Source: Acanthaster planci
Taxonomy: Eukaryota
DNA length: 64,000 nt
NCBI RefSeq assembly: GCF_001949145.1
Contig: NW_019091358.1
Coordinates: 434,961-498,960, forward strand
Reading direction: 5' to 3'
Of this stretch, positions 1 through 14,150 are shown one piece after another (position 1 is the stretch's first letter; each line of letters begins with the position of its first letter). The notes beneath the pieces were generated by a model. It saw only the letters and a list, made by a program, of their open reading frames with translations. It had not been told where the DNA came from and searched no databases. The position numbers and the translations under genes are program-made.

Positions 1-387
1 CTAAGATTAACTGGGACACAAAAGTTCATTTTGAATATTTGTATTGAAACAAATTGATTGCAGCCTGCCTTTAATGGCCTCGTTTGAACGTTCTTTGCTT
101 TCATTTTTACACGCTCAGATGAATGAAAGGATCCGTGGCTTTGAGATCAGCTGGGCGCTAGGGGCAACTATAGACCTGCTGCATTCACACTGGGACAAGT
201 ATCAAAAGTCAGGCAATTTGTGACGACGCACACACCAGGACTAGAAAAGCACATTTTGTGTTGGCTCACTAGATTTTCTAAATACTTCTATGGTTTCTTA
301 TGTGATACTGTAAATTTCAGTTCCACATTTTATTTAGAATTTTTATACTAGTCAAAAATCTGGAAAAAATACTTTAAAGTGTATTAA

Positions 388-957
388 CCACTTCCTGCGG
401 GAGCAGATATCAATGTTGATGTTGCGGGGCCGGGATATTTATCATTTTTTTCTTTTTTCAAAATTCTTTAAAAATTCCTATCTTCATTTACTGGACGCTT
501 ACAAACACGTGAAGGACTGTCTGGTGTCCACTGTAGTCTGACAGGCAAAATCTATTGACACCTGAGTATTTCAGCCAGGCTTGCAGCCTTGTAAAAAGAG
601 CCCAGATTGTGCGGTGTAACTTTCTTTTGTTCACAAACCTGGCTCAGTGTGCTGCTGACCTCTTTTCAATAGGGGCCAGATTAGCATGCAGTGGTGCTGT
701 GTGGCTCATCGCTACGGTGGTGGAGTGCTTTTGTCCCCGCTGGTAATCCACTCGCTCTAAATGCCCCAAACCGTGGTATACTGTTTCATAACAAGGCTGG
801 ATTATTTCCACTTTTGAGAGTGAAACAATGTCGGTAATTCCCAGCAGCCTGGTCTTTTGTTCCCAGTACAGTCTTTTGTTACAAGGCCCTGTTCCCTGAC
901 CCCAGCCACGCATATAAAGCATACATGGCCGGATCCGGAATCCCCTGCAGGGAGTGG
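388..957. mobile_element. Non-autonomous piggyBac-like element (MITE) with TTAA target duplication
   Basis: TTAA|CCACTTCCTGCGGGAG at 384-403 and CCCCTGCAGGGAGTGG|TTAA at 942-961 are imperfect inverted repeats flanked by TTAA. No transposase ORF. Confidence 0.7.
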
Positions 958-3645
958 TTAAATAGAAGCCAGTCATAAAACCTTTCAAAGTGTGCAATAG
1001 GTCTCTTTTCCCTTACAAAAATGTTTTTCAACAGAAGGAAGAATTTTTCCACTTGAATAATTAGATAACTTCTACATTAAAGACTTTCTTAAATTACATG
1101 CGTCTGTTTATTTTCTGACATTAACTTTTCATTCCATTTGTTAGAATCTGTTCATAGTTTCCAATGTATTAGTTTAAGAATTGCAATTAATCTACTAAAT
1201 TGTGAATTGAGACCAAATACAATAGTGAAAGCAGGAGCAAAGCAGATGCAACAGCATTTTCAGGTTCTGAATATTTTATTTTTCTGGTATTGAAACTTGA
1301 CTGTACCATTCTCCTGAGTTCTCTCTTTACAGTAGAAAAACACTTTGAATCATCTAAGCAGCATTTTAGTATTCATCTGATGAAATCTATTTTTGTAAAT
1401 ATGATCAACACCATTATCTAATGGTGCTGGAAAGCAGCTTTTCTAAGCTAGGGTCAATTTCAGGGTATACGTGCGGTTACTAGATCAGGAGTTTTATATT
1501 TGGAATATTCCTATTGTCTTCCAGCATAGTGACAGTACTTATATTATTGTTAATTTTGACATGGGCAATTTTCTTGAATAGATAGGAAACTTTTGTGATG
1601 AGTGACAATTTGAGGAAGCTGTAAAATGTACAAATGGTTTGAAACAATGATCAGGACAGAAGTTACTCTTAATGTAATGCTTATAAAAGGAATGCTTCAG
1701 TTTTGGGCCGTACAGGTGTTATTAACAGGATTTTTTATAAACCTACTGTTACTGGCAACTTTATTTCCTTTTCCAATCCTCCGGGTTAAAGGTTTTCTAA
1801 CACTTGTTCTTTGACGCTGTAATCACACCACAGAAATTACTTGCATGTCCCCAGAGGTCCTTTTTGAGCTTCTACTCTCTTTAAAATGAATGTTACATGA
1901 TGGCAATCAAGGAGAACCCTCAACATTTTTCACCCACATCATCTCCATTTTTATTAGGATGCCAAACCAAGTGATGCCTCATAACTAAGCTAAACACAAA
2001 ACTAGAACACAATTTTTTTAGAACAAAATGGCATGTAGATTTTTCTTTTCTGCTCTGCACAATGCAAAAGAAGGACCTGTGCAACAAGTGTTACAAGAGA
2101 CAAAATCCTTCCACACCCGGTGAGAACCTTGATAATTATGAGAATCGAGAACATCGTTTCTGCACAATAAAAATCCAACTTTAATGATATCTGCACTTGT
2201 GAACTTTGGTCTGATTGGACAATTAACAATCTGAGTATGCTTCTAAATATAGACCAATGATATATGAGCATAAATGTTTAACATGAAAACTTTATTCTAA
2301 GTGCAGCATCAGCCTACTACGGCATACACCTAAACCTTCCCATAATTTGTATATGCAATGCTAATTTGCTGACTGATTACACAGGATTTTCAAGCACAAA
2401 GCATGCAAATGTACACTAATCTCCACATACAGCAAAAAGTGGCTACACTCATTCAACAAGTAGCATGTGCAATTGTAGTAATAAATTTACCTCAACATGC
2501 AGTGGCAACAAGAGATATCAGAAATTTTGGCTTCAGCTGTCGCCAATGCATCTGGATCTATTTCCTCCCATTACATTGTAGATTGATGGTGACAATTACA
2601 TTCTTTTGATAAGTTGGAAATTTTGTGCTGTACGCACCCCCGCCCCCCAAATTTACCCACTTTCAGGTTTTGATTACTTACATGCATCTGTATGTGTGTT
2701 GTCATCATCTGAGATTTCAGACTACTGGGTGGTGAGCTTGTAATAAATGGTGCAGGGTATAACCACAGAGTTCTTCATGACTAAGCCTTACACTGAAGGG
2801 CATGGAGGGTGAAGGTTAGATTTACGTATCTGATACATGGAAATGTACCTATACTTTCAATATCCACCATAGTCAATTTTCAGTTCCACAAACCCCATTC
2901 TCTCATCATTTTGATCTGCATGTTTGTTACTTAAAACTGCCCGTAAAGGAAAGCACTCCTCTAGATGGGCAGTGTAGGGCTTTTTTTGGTAACAAGAGTT
3001 TAATAAGCTGATTTGGCAAGGTGCAAAAAAAAATGGGTGCCAATCTTATAAACACAAGTATTTGTGACTCCATTACCAGAGTTGGTACGTACAATGTGCA
3101 TGACTCCATGACAATCTTGTATGAATGTTAGTTACACATGGGGAGAATACCTACAACACAATCCCCTGCCAAGTGTTTTCCACATGATTCCCTGGTCCCC
3201 TACCCCCCCCCAATCTTTCCAATCTGAACCAAAGCTTAATTCCTCATCCTTCCACCTGCAGTCACTGACACAGATGGGACAAATATCAACAGTTTTCCAT
3301 TCTTTTATCGAAACCAAACCTAAAGTCTTACTGGGTTTTATCATAAATGTACATTTTTTTTAATTTAAAATTTTACATTTTGTCTTTCAAAAAGTGACTG
3401 AATTCCTCCTTGACCTGAATGCAAAGCAACACGGGAGATTTACCCATCAATTCTAAATGGGACATGCAGCTAACAAGCTATTATTCTGCCTCTGTAGTGA
3501 TCTCTAACACTGCACACAGAGTATAAGCATGGAATTTCTATGTTAAATAAGATAAGTGTCCATGTTGCGTATATATATCCCATTTCCCTGGAGTCAAAGG
3601 TCAGCAGAGTTAGCAGAATCAGAGCAATGTCATGCAGGACCTTAA

Positions 3646-3696
3646 CCCTAACACTCCTCAGTCCTCCAACAGGTGAAGGATTGAGGAGGGTTAGGG
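3646..3696. mobile_element. 51-bp piggyBac-like mini-MITE (copy 1, just 3' of the BAF stop codon)
   Basis: TTAA|CCCTAACACTCCTCAGTCC...GGATTGAGGAGGGTTAGGG|TTAA hairpin. A near-identical inverted copy lies at 28816-28866. Confidence 0.7.
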
Positions 3697-3731
3697 TTAA
3701 AAGAGTTAAAATTAAAAAAAAAACCACAAAA

Positions 3732-3878
3732 TTATATGTAGGCATCACTCCAGTCTTTCAGACAATTGTAACAATCTGTTGCACACTTCTTTGTAGCGGA
3801 TGTGGTTGTCATCAGCCAATCAACAAAGAGCTCTTCGTCTTTATTCAGCACCAGGAATTGTCCGAGAACATTGTACGC
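3732..3878 (-). CDS. BANF1: Barrier-to-autointegration factor, coding exon 2
   Basis: Acceptor ttttttttgccctatccag, then AYNVLGQFLVLNKDEELFVDWLMTTTSATKKCATDCYNCLKDWSDAYI*. Matches the BAF C-terminal half (AYxVLGQFLVL, DCxxCLxxW). Phase 0 joins exon 1. Confidence 0.93.
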   Translation of the reverse strand, partial: AYNVLGQFLVLNKDEELFVDWLMTTTSATKKCATDCYNCLKDWSDAYI

Positions 3879-4872
3879 CTGGATAGGGCAAAAAAAATGA
3901 CAATTGACTTACTGCCTGTCCAACTTGGGTTTGTAATTTCCAGTGATTCAATGGTTGATTTCATGTGGTCCAGTGATTTTCATATCCCCATGTCACTTTG
4001 TTTTACTGGTTTAATGTGCAGTTAACAGTCCAGTGCACTTTGTTAATTGCAGCCTGTTTGATTACATAAGCAAGCAAGCGCAACTGCATTTGATTGGACA
4101 CTCGTGACTTCTTGTGCTCACTCCAGCCTGGCTCAAGTGGCCAACCTGCCAAGTTGGTTGCTTGGGGAATATCGCACAGAACCATAGGAAAATGTGACTT
4201 TGATGCACCCATTTCAGACACATATTCTAGGGTTGCACAGAACCAAATAGAATTAAGAGCAACTCAGGAAGACCCAGTTAAATTTTGATTTCAGATAGAT
4301 GAAAAAAACACATACATTTGCATTTGCTTCAGCCCATGAAAAGAGCGACATCTGAAACCAAGTCACTCTGATATCATTCCGAGTGCCTTCAAGTGCCATT
4401 CCTCACCTGCTAGCAAGCCTGGTCACTCCTAATTGTTTAAGACGTCGAACTTTTGCTGTACCAAATTCAAAATTTGCTTATAATTTGGTTCGGTGCTACT
4501 CTACGACGCCTGTCTCAAACGGGTGTTAGTCAAACATTGCAAAGGAAAGTTGACACCATTGTAAATAATTCAGAAAAATAGTTGAATGTGTATATGGAAA
4601 ATCAGCTCAAGCCAACCAAGTTTTGTGAAAGGAAGTCGAGAAATGTGCAGACGTCCACTGCTTATGACGGTTTGAATGATTTTTGCAAATTTTATCACTT
4701 AATGACCCAATCAGATAGCCTTGTCACAGCAACTCCAGAAACCCTGCGTTATCATTCACTTATTACCACATACGTGTATGGCGTCTGCCCCTCTAAGCCT
4801 GTGACGACACCACAGGTAAGCGTGAAGGATGTAATCCAACACACTATTGATGGAGTTGGTTCAGTATCTGAC

Positions 4873-5010
4873 CTTCTCAAATCCCGCCTCTCGTAACCTC
4901 TCGCCATACTTGGGGCCAATGCCCCCGAGTTCGGTCACCAGTTTGTCCCCCATGGGCTCCGACACAAACTGTTTGTGTTTCTTGGTGGTTGTTTGGGCTC
5001 TGTCTGCCAT
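4873..5010 (-). CDS. BANF1: Barrier-to-autointegration factor, coding exon 1 (94-aa protein in total)
   Basis: [46 protein letters not shown] followed by donor GTCAGA. Carries the BAF KHxxFVxEPMGxK and GIG helix-hairpin-helix motifs. An acceptor at 5039-5040 implies an upstream 5' UTR exon. Confidence 0.93.
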
Positions 5011-6050
5011 GCTTGCTGAAGGAAGTGTCAATTCACAGCTGGAAACAAACACAACTGACAGACGTCAGAACAGTTGGACATGGGATTGCCATGGACATAA
5101 TTCAGTAACAGAGAAGCTTTAGTTTAGAATTCAACTTTTATAAGCACACTGACTCAACATTTAGTTGTTGCATGTGCTTTTTCCATGAAACTCATTTTGG
5201 AGTGACAAAATTTGTTCAGAACCAAACAAAGCCCATGTCATAAACTCATTTTATTCCACTGGCACTCAATTCTAGTGACTGAAGAAATTTTCAGCTAGAC
5301 TATAGCTGCAGATATGTGACCAAGAAGCAGTCCCCCATTGCTCTTGGTAATTTTTCGGCACAATAATGAACATACACATTGCAGTGTTTTGACGGATTTA
5401 AACATTTCCCCGTGATCACTGTTAGTCCTGTTCCACGCTAACATTGTAGCAGTGACTGTGTTCACGAGACAGATTCACAATGACCGCAATTCAAGCTCTC
5501 TAAATTCCTAAAGAGCGACATATTACAAAAAATAAAAGGAAATATCCTGCACTTCGTTGGAGGAGTTGATTCAGGCAGAAAGAAAAAAAATCTCAAAAAA
5601 GAGAGTGTCAGTCCAGTGGGAACCTAAAAACCCAATACCCATAATTCAGAGTCTGCATGCATTATTTAGAGCCACCAGGCCATGTAGCCACTCAATGTGA
5701 AAGGGGCATTGTGGGAATCACATGCATTAATGGTGTTGGCTTACATGTACTCGTACATGTACTCTTGACGAGGTGTTTGTTGGGGTACAAAAATCCACTT
5801 CAACTTTTTTTGACTTGCATTAAAAATATGGAGGACAACATGTTGAATATCTGCAGGATTAAGTTGTATGGAAAGAGGGCAAGGTTTTAATTTTTTGAGG
5901 GAAATTATAGGATAAACTAAGGCCCCCCCCCAAAGTCTCCGGTTTCTGGTCATCGCGCATGTTGCCGTAGACATGCGCATCGGCAGACAAATAATTTTTT
6001 TATTAAACATAAAACAATTTCCAAAAGCCGCCAAACTTACTGTACTTGAT

Positions 6051-6430
6051 CAGCAGGAATAACCCACTTGCACATTAAATTTGAATAAAACCTGGTATGC
6101 TGTGTTATCTGATTGCATAGAAACGTAACAATTTGAATTCTTCAGACTAAAGACACTGTTGCTATACCTCATCATTCGGGGCAAGCTTTTGCGTAGCGAC
6201 CACCATCTCTGGAAAGGACTGGTCCCTTTGTGCTGTTCTTATCCATTGAGAACAGTGTATTGTTGCAAGGCGTCTCTTATGTAACTAAGCAAAAGCTTGC
6301 CCTGAATCACAAGGTAAAGCAACAGTGGTTTTAGTATGGAGAATTCAAGTTGTTATGTTCACGTGAATTTAAAGAACTCAGTGTACCAGATTTTATTGAA
6401 ATTTAACTCGCAAATGGCTTATTCTGCTAC
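6051..6430. repeat. Old foldback / long-TIR element
   Basis: Arms of ~150 bp (6051-6196 vs 6286-6430) are diverged reverse complements, e.g. cactgttgctatacctc..ggggcaagcttttgc / gcaaaagcttgccctg..ggtaaagcaacagtg. Confidence 0.6.
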
Positions 6431-6567
6431 CATGTAATTTTAATGTGTTTTTGATGGGTGGGGTTGAATAATATGTACAGTAAAGAAATACCCCACTGGC
6501 CCTAGGCTTCCACACATTTCAGTCGGGCACTCTGATCAGATGACATCATTCGTGTATCTTTACACAA

Positions 6568-6692
6568 AGGCCGTGTCCGAATCAGTTGGCTGCGGCTTGA
6601 TATCATGCATGATTCTATGGAAACTAGCAGTGGATGCTGCCAAATATTCAGTGTAATTTCTGGCCGTTGCCAATTGATTCGGACCCAGGCCT
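6568..6692. mobile_element. Short MITE with GGCC-type termini
   Basis: aggccgtgtccgaatcagttggc ... gccaattgattcggacccaggcct inverted ends. The same left end (aggccgtgtccgaa) recurs at ~44546. Confidence 0.5.
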
Positions 6693-9600
6693 ACGTACAT
6701 GTACATCTGTGAACCAGACAAACGAAGTGGTCTTGCATCCTGCGTAAGTATACAAATTGATAACACTTTTGAAAAACAAACCGTAAAGGGCCAGTCTATT
6801 CCAGTGTTGGCAAGGCAGTGGTAGTACATACGCAAGCAGTGCATGCAGCGGCAATGGACATGCATCGCGTTATGACAACCATACCCGTAACAACTCATGC
6901 ATCGTTGATCGTCACTTGCCAAGAACAAAGGTAGATTAGAGTGAGAGAGTTTATTTTCTGAGCTGAATTTTCTTAATGTTAAATGCAGCTTGTTTCTTAT
7001 AAGCTAAAACAGAAAACAAAGTGCATAGTACAGTGTATATCATTTACCTCCTGAGAATTTTATTTTCATTTTGACTCTTTGGAGCTGAACTGTTTTCATT
7101 TATATTTTTTCATAGGCTATTTGATGTGCAACTTATTTCCTATAAAGCTCTATAGTCTATGCTTTAAGCCAAAGTGGAAAACAATGTGCAAAGAATGTCA
7201 TATGCTGCTACTTCATGAGAATTTCATTTAAAACCGGAAACTGGAGCTGAACATTTATTTTTCACATCTGATTTTTAAATGGTTATGCTAACTGTATTTT
7301 AACAAGCTCAATCTTGCCAAGAATTGAAGCATCTCATTTGATAGAGATGACTGAAACCATTGCCTCTCGTTATATTTTATGGTCTGTTTATTAATTCAAA
7401 GTGGTTAATTCACATTTCTCATAGTAACAAGGCCTTGCGCTCTGAAGTATATGTGCATGTACATCACTTCTGAGAAAAAAAAGAGAGAGAAAAAAAAATG
7501 TGTCACCGCACCACTTTTGGACCAAGCCCATGACCAGAAACCGGAGTCTTTTTGGGTGGGAGGGCCTAAGGGTAACTATGCAGCCCAGAATTCTAGCATG
7601 CCTAGAGCATGCACTTAAACATGCCGACAGCAAAACTTGTTTGCTAGACTAATGCAGATTGGATGACGAAAAAGTTCCATTTAGAAAGCCAATCCATGAT
7701 TGGTCCAGAAGTTCACTGTAAGAGTAGGACTGCACATTTTAGGACTGCATCAATTGTATGCATGATATGTAAAGGCAGTGAATGCAAATTGGCAGTGCAC
7801 CTCGAACATGTTTATGTTGCTTCTGGTATGTTTAAAAAGTCACATAAGAAAGATCAAGTTTCACCCAAAGTGCCAATCAACACAAAAGGGGGGAGGTTTG
7901 TACATGTATCAGTATCTAAGAGAATGTTCTTTGAGTTTTAGAACAACACACAGTTAAGGGAATATTCTTTGGTGAAGGTGCCACTTTGCATTGAAGAAAG
8001 TGGTCCAACTGGTGAACCGGTCAAATATCCAGTTGTAGGCCCTGGGCTATATACATGTACACCTAGCACACACTAATACATGTACAGATGGGAGTCCAGG
8101 CTGGGAATGATCAACAGGGTGAACAATTCAGCAGCCAATATCACCTGTCCAGTTACCTTTTCAAAGAAGATAATTCCACGTCTGTAATTCATATATCCTT
8201 ATCTACGGGATAAGGGGAGAGTTAAGAAATTCCACACACCACCAAAGGCAACAGTGAGGAAAATATACTGGGAAAGTAAGATTAAGTTGAGGTCATTGTT
8301 GTCGACTGCTTTCAGCCATTTGTACTTCAGCCGTTTCATCAAATTTGTACTCTGCACGTACGTATCCATAATGCATGCATGCACCACTCACACATGATAA
8401 ACACAATTCTCACACACATGCATACAACTCTGTGGCCTGACTGTCAGTTCAGTTGCGTGACAGTCAGGGCTTTTATCATTTCATGATGAGACGTTCGAAG
8501 GAAGTCTGCCTGTTCTCCAAGTTACATGTATTTGAAGCTACTATGTCAAAAGTCCTGTGGAACGTCTTTGTTTGAAAAGAATGGAAAAAGGGATATGTGC
8601 ACGAAATCTGTAAAACCCTGGCACAATCCAAAAGGTTTTGGGCAAAATTCAGGTTGAGACTCACTTAATTCCAGTAATTCCAGTAATTTATAAGGCAGTA
8701 CTTACATGCATCTTAGAGACAAAGTAAAGAAAGGGATGAAAATACATGTTAAGGAAACAAAACTTGAAACTAAAGCTTCAGATTACTGGCCCATTCAGTT
8801 GTGTATTGGTACATGCATTTCATGATCCTGGTTACTTTGCAAATAACACACGCACACGTACATGTACAAGTATGGCAGCAAGGTACTCGTATGTCGCAAA
8901 TTTAAGAGTGGGCAAAGAGTCTACAACAATGAAACATCTGAACATTACGCTCAAGTTTATTTTCCTCGACGTTGCCATCCAAGCTGGTTTGGGAAATTTG
9001 TGAACCCACTGGCAGGACAGATAACACAAAGAATATACATGTACACGTAGGTAGGCCTACATGAACAACGGTGAAATCGATTTCTTCAACAAGCATGACA
9101 AGGCAAAACAAGCATGTAAACTTTTGGGTCGTATTATAACGAAGCCATAGAACCTTGATGTCAGTCATAATGTAACATGTACAATGACATCCAACCATGT
9201 CAACCTGGGCTACAAACATGACATGTGGACCACGAATGTCTCAATGTGTGCGCTATGCCAACCTTTGATGTTAAAAACAGCTATTATTTACTTAATCGTG
9301 TTTAATAATGCACATATAGCATGGTTAGTAGGCAGGTAGGCCTAGTGTTACAATTATCAATGAGTCACCATAATTCGCACTTTAAGTACTTTGACCAAAT
9401 TTATTCTTAAACATAGTTAATTTTTATGGCTTCATTTCAGATGTTGAAAGTTTGACTAAAATCCTACATGGAATAATGTTACGAAAAACATCAGATGTCA
9501 CAGAAGCAAAAGAAACAGTGTCGTCTGCAAACGAGTTGGATCGGCTGTAGTAAAACCATAATTCGTACACGTTCGTTGAAAACGTCATTTTATGGGGTAT

Positions 9601-10300
9601 TGTTTATGACCTCCTTCTGAAAAATCTGCCAGTTAATGTCCCTTGAGTGAGGAATTATTTTTGGCATTAATTACTCTGGTTTGGTGATGCAGTTTGAGGG
9701 AAAAAAATGTATTCACAATAGCTTGACTTCCCATCCATTTTGCTTTTTCTTTCTCCCAGATTACAATTTTTTCAATTTATTTTAAAGGTGCAGTGAGGCA
9801 TGAATTTTTATTATTTCAAATAAATCATATTTAGCATTAATACGAGTTATTTATACAAATATACAAAATTTCTCTTTTTACGTGTATTTTGGAAAAAATT
9901 CACAAATACAGTGCCACCAAATCTTTCCCCGTTGAGGCCAATCTCAAAATCTGAGATGCAAGGTAACCTTTCAGGCTCAATATTTTGATAATGCACTCAA
10001 TATTTGGTGAAAGTTGATCGAAGTCATCATTTATCCATTTTCTAGACAATTTCAACCGGTCATTTTTGTACTTAGTCAGTAAAGTAAACTTTTGTCTGTA
10101 AAGTTTATGCTCTGTTGACATTTTTCCCAAATTCTCCCTAGAAAAGCTTTTAATTCACACATACATGTAGGCAGGGGCCCCAGCTGCAAACAGAAAATCG
10201 TTGAAGTGACGATCGATCATCGACTGTAAATTAACATCAGGGCATAATTTCATTGAAAAGTTCCGTGACGAGAAAGTTGGATGCGCAAATACATGTATAT

Positions 10301-10554
10301 GGGTCTTTCCACGAAGTTCAGGCACAGTTTGTGACAGCGTCCCTTGTTACATCAGTGAAAATAAACATCTTTTTTCCCTGCATGTAGATTCTAAATTGAT
10401 ATTGTTCTAAATCTTGCTAGGTTCTTGTAGTGGTGGTCATCTTTGGCAAATAACAATGACTTAGTCTGTTGTAATGTAAAAATAATGAACAATGAAAGCT
10501 ACTGATGTAACAAGGGACGTCGTCACAAACTGCCTGAATTTCATGGAATGACCC
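10301..10554. mobile_element. MITE family GGGTC..GACCC (copy 1)
   Basis: TIRs of ~55 bp: gggtctttccacgaagttcaggcacagtttgtgacagcgtcccttgttacatcagt / actgatgtaacaagggacgtcgtcacaaactgcctgaatttcatggaatgaccc. A second, inverted copy lies at 51380-51638. Confidence 0.8.
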
Positions 10555-11042
10555 ATATAGGCCAATTGTAGGCCTATGTAATAATGTAGTATGCACGAAT
10601 TTAGGGTAGCCTACTCCCATATTCCACAATAAAGGCCTAAGCAGTGACAAACTCAAAACTGACATATCAAAGTGACTTGCCAACTTTACCAGTTTATGAT
10701 AGATACAGACAGACAGAGGCGCACAAGTGTTTGGTCAGGGGAATCCCCAGGCTAAGAAATGATGAACAAACGAAGGCCTAGGTCTAATTGAAGCCTGTTA
10801 CTGCTGCTAGGAAATCCCCGCTGCCACCCATGTCATGCGTGTTTTATACTTAGGGCCTACACTTACATGTATGTCTGTATATGTACATGTAGGCCTACAA
10901 ATAATGACCGAGTGGATTCGTTTTCTTCAACAAGCTGACAAGAAATTCTTGTGGGAAATCAAATCATAAATAATGTAATTTGCCAACATGACAAGAGAAA
11001 TCCAAAATACATTCAGGTTAAGTTTTTGGCCTGCATGCATAC

Positions 11043-11210
11043 CGTTTTGAATGAAGCCGATGTTGATTCGTTTCCGTTTCTGCTCTTGCGCTCAGCTTCA
11101 TGCGTGACACAATTTCTATTCCCGCCGCTCGTTCCCGCCGAGAATTTTAATGCAGCCAGGGTTTCAGACGCACACTGTGTGATGTTGTAACGGCGAGAGT
11201 GGAACCCGCC
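11043..11210 (-). promoter_or_regulatory. Candidate BAF promoter and non-coding first exon
   Basis: CpG-rich patch. Two E2F-like TTCCCGCC at 11119 and 11132. Minus-strand donor G|GTATGC at 11042. Linking this to BAF is an inference. Confidence 0.4.
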
Positions 11211-11928
11211 GTTGTACGGTGTCCTATGACCGCCAAATTATTTATTAAAAATCGAGGTTGGGGCGATACTTTTTTACACAATACGCTGAGGAAATTGGAC
11301 TTAACCTAAGGCATAACCGTGGCTCTGGGGATTTTTTTTTTATCAAAGGGACGTTAAGTCAAAAAAAGTGTGAATTTTAACACCACAGTTTTTGCAGTGT
11401 ACGTTCAAACGAGTATAGGTGTAACGGCGATGACTTGAGTTTACGCCTATTGAAGCTTTCGTTGGCTTATTTTGAAAATCCGCGGTGACCGACAAAGCCC
11501 TTCATCTAAAATGTTTCTTTCGATCGGGCAATCATCCAACGGGGGGCTAGTTAATATTGTTCAGTTGTTTTGGTATGTCTTAGTGTCAAGCACAATATAT
11601 TCAGTGCGAAGGAAGACACTTGGTTGGGCGAATAGGTGGTAGGTCTGTGGAGAGAAAAATCGCATGAGACCACAACTTGTCAGGCGCCCTGCTAGGTGAA
11701 ATGCTTTGCAGTCCAGTAATTACGGGCACTGACCACTTCGCAAGTATACATGTATTGTTAACTTACAGTAAGGGATTTGAATTTCTCATTCCTGGCCAGG
11801 CGAGGCCAACCTAAGGGCCCAAACCCCCCGACCAATTTCTTTTGTATAAGTCGATGTTAAGTGAATAGAATGTATGATACTGGTCCAGTATAAATTAGGT
11901 ATAGACCTTCCTATGCCAAGGCCTGCAT

Positions 11929-12195
11929 GGGGGGACCGGGTTAGCGTAGCTTAATTAATTTGCACCAATGGGGCCCGGGTTCGAGTCCTGGCTTGGCCCA
12001 GGCTTTAAGTGCATTTGGTTTCCGGGCCATACTCGCTCTGGAAGCTTTTCTCCGGGTACTCCGGGTTTAAAGGCCTCCTGCTTTTAAACTGGACCTTCGT
12101 CCTAACTCCATTATGATGCTGATTAATAAAGATTATGAATAAACGTATAGTTATTGGCGCAAATAGCCTAGTAGTTGAGAGCCCCATTAAACAGA
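11929..12195 (+). mobile_element. tRNA-headed SINE with V-SINE-like core
   Basis: B box GGGTTCGAGTCC (~11977-11988), followed by TTTTCTCCGGGTACTCCGGGTTT, which resembles the conserved V-domain motif. Confidence 0.6.
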
Positions 12196-12199
12196 ATGA

Positions 12200-14150
12200 A
12201 TCATAATGTTAACGAGTGTAAGGTGATGTTTGACTCGTTCAAAAAGGTTTATTCGTCTATCTTATGTGTTTGGTTCCCATATTCTTGAAACTTTTGATCG
12301 TTATAAGTATNTGATTGCATCTGATGATTTAAGTTGGTAAAAGCACATTGATTCGATTGTTTCTGCAACAAATAGGATGTTGGGCTTTGTTTAATAATTT
12401 CAACACAGCATTTATGGAAAATGGGGATTCAAGGCACTTGTGAACGCCATTTTGAGCTGTCTTCGCCAGGTAAAAATGTGAGAAAAAACTGTTGAAAAAA
12501 ATTTCCCATACAGTAGGAGGACTTTCATACCCTGGACGTTAGTCGCAGTGCAATGTAGACGTCGGCCAACCTGGGCTAACATAACTACATGTGAACATGT
12601 GTTCACCTAGGTGATTTGCCACAATTTTCTCAAGGCACTTTGAAACGGTAGAACAGAACTATAATTACCAGGGTCATGCTTACTGCCTGATTTATGTATT
12701 GGCACATCATTAATCATCTTCAACTCGGCATGATGGGACCTGCCCTGTAGAAAGAGATGCGTCAAAGAGCTTGGATAACGGATGGGCTATTGAATCAGCC
12801 GAAATCTTGAGAAGTAGTGGAGGAATATCGTCAATAAAGCCACATGCTTTATGAGTTTGAAGGCCTTTGAGCATGCGTTTCACTTCAAAGGCGGAGGTTT
12901 CAACAGTACTGACCCGAATTTTAGAGTTACAATGGTCACAAACTGGATAAAGTTTTGATTCTCGGGTAGAGTAAAATTGCTTTGAAAACTTCTGAGAAAT
13001 GCATTTGCAACGCTAGACGGGTCAGAAATGGTTTCTCCTTCTACATGGAGGGAAGTCAGGGTGGAAGATTTACGAGGTGAGCTGACAAGGGCAAAAAAAA
13101 AAACGCTTAGGATTTTCAGCACAATTCAAAACAAGTTCTTTAAGGTTGTTAGAGTAACATTTCATTGTTTCATACTCGACCTGGTTGGGAAGACATTTGT
13201 ACTTATTCCAACAATGAAGCCCGCCTGATCTCATAACAACTTTATAAGCTCTATTATATGTCTTGTGAAGGTGGCTAGATCGCTTCCTATCCAAGGTTGA
13301 CGCCTCCTACCTTTTTGTGTTACAAGTGGAACTGTTTCATGAAGAATTAACGGCTGCGAAAAGGAAATCCTTAAATTACTCACATTGTGTCTATGTCTAT
13401 ATCGGGCGAAGTATGCAAATCCCAATCAACCTTATTAATTCAAGGATAAAAGTTTGGTCAGCTTTCTGTTAGGGAAAAAAGAGCATGCAAGTGACTTTCT
13501 CTTACATGATAAGCTAACATGAAATGTACCAGACACCATCATCACTCGAGCCAAGGCCAGCACAGCGCTCAACACTGGAAAAACCCGAGGTGAATTGATG
13601 AATATAAAGGTCCAGAATAGTGGCCTGATCAGGGTTATGAACGTCGGGTATTGCATAATCTCTCATTTAGGCTAGAGCAGTTAGCACCATAACTGATATT
13701 AAAATCACCAAATACAGAAACAGCTAGGTAGTTATGACTGAAAACCCAAACCGTTTCTAATACAGATTGGTAATCTTCAAAAATGTGGCATTAGAGTTTG
13801 GGGGTCTATAAAGATACCCAAGCCTAGGAGCAGTTTGCCATTTGCCTTGTGCTGATCTCGACTCCCAACAGTTCAAGATTCTCATGTTCAAAGTCATATG
13901 CAGGCAGGTTTTAGATGATCAGCCGCTGTGAATAGCACTCCTCCGCCATGAGGTCTTAACGAACACAGTTCATTCTTCAAGGAGAGAATTTCAACGTCAT
14001 TGATTGAGCTGCCCAACCAGGTTTCAATCCACAATGCAAAATCAAAGTTTCCTGTAGACAGTTCCACATCCAATAGTCGAGGTTTATTGACGATGCTTCA
14101 TGAATTGTAGAGTATCGCAGACTGAGCCTTGCGCAAACTTGGCTGTGCGG
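12200..14150 (-). mobile_element. Degraded non-LTR retrotransposon ORF2 fragment (CR1/L2-like endonuclease to start of RT)
   Basis: Broken minus-strand frames give the ordered APE motifs ETWL (~14020), GGGVL (~13940), LYRPPN (~13805), VFGDFNI (~13705), then NPKRFF and ISDPSSVANAF (~13000-13110) and PGNY (~12665). Many stops and frameshifts. Boundaries are approximate. Confidence 0.7.

Noticed and set aside
3646..3700. CCCTAA/TTAGGG read as interstitial telomere repeat
   Set aside because: Only single units occur; they are the termini of the TTAA-flanked mini-MITE.
7650..9220. Coding-like remnants in the presumed BAF first intron
   Set aside because: Short broken frames with no motif I can recognise; possibly old transposon debris.
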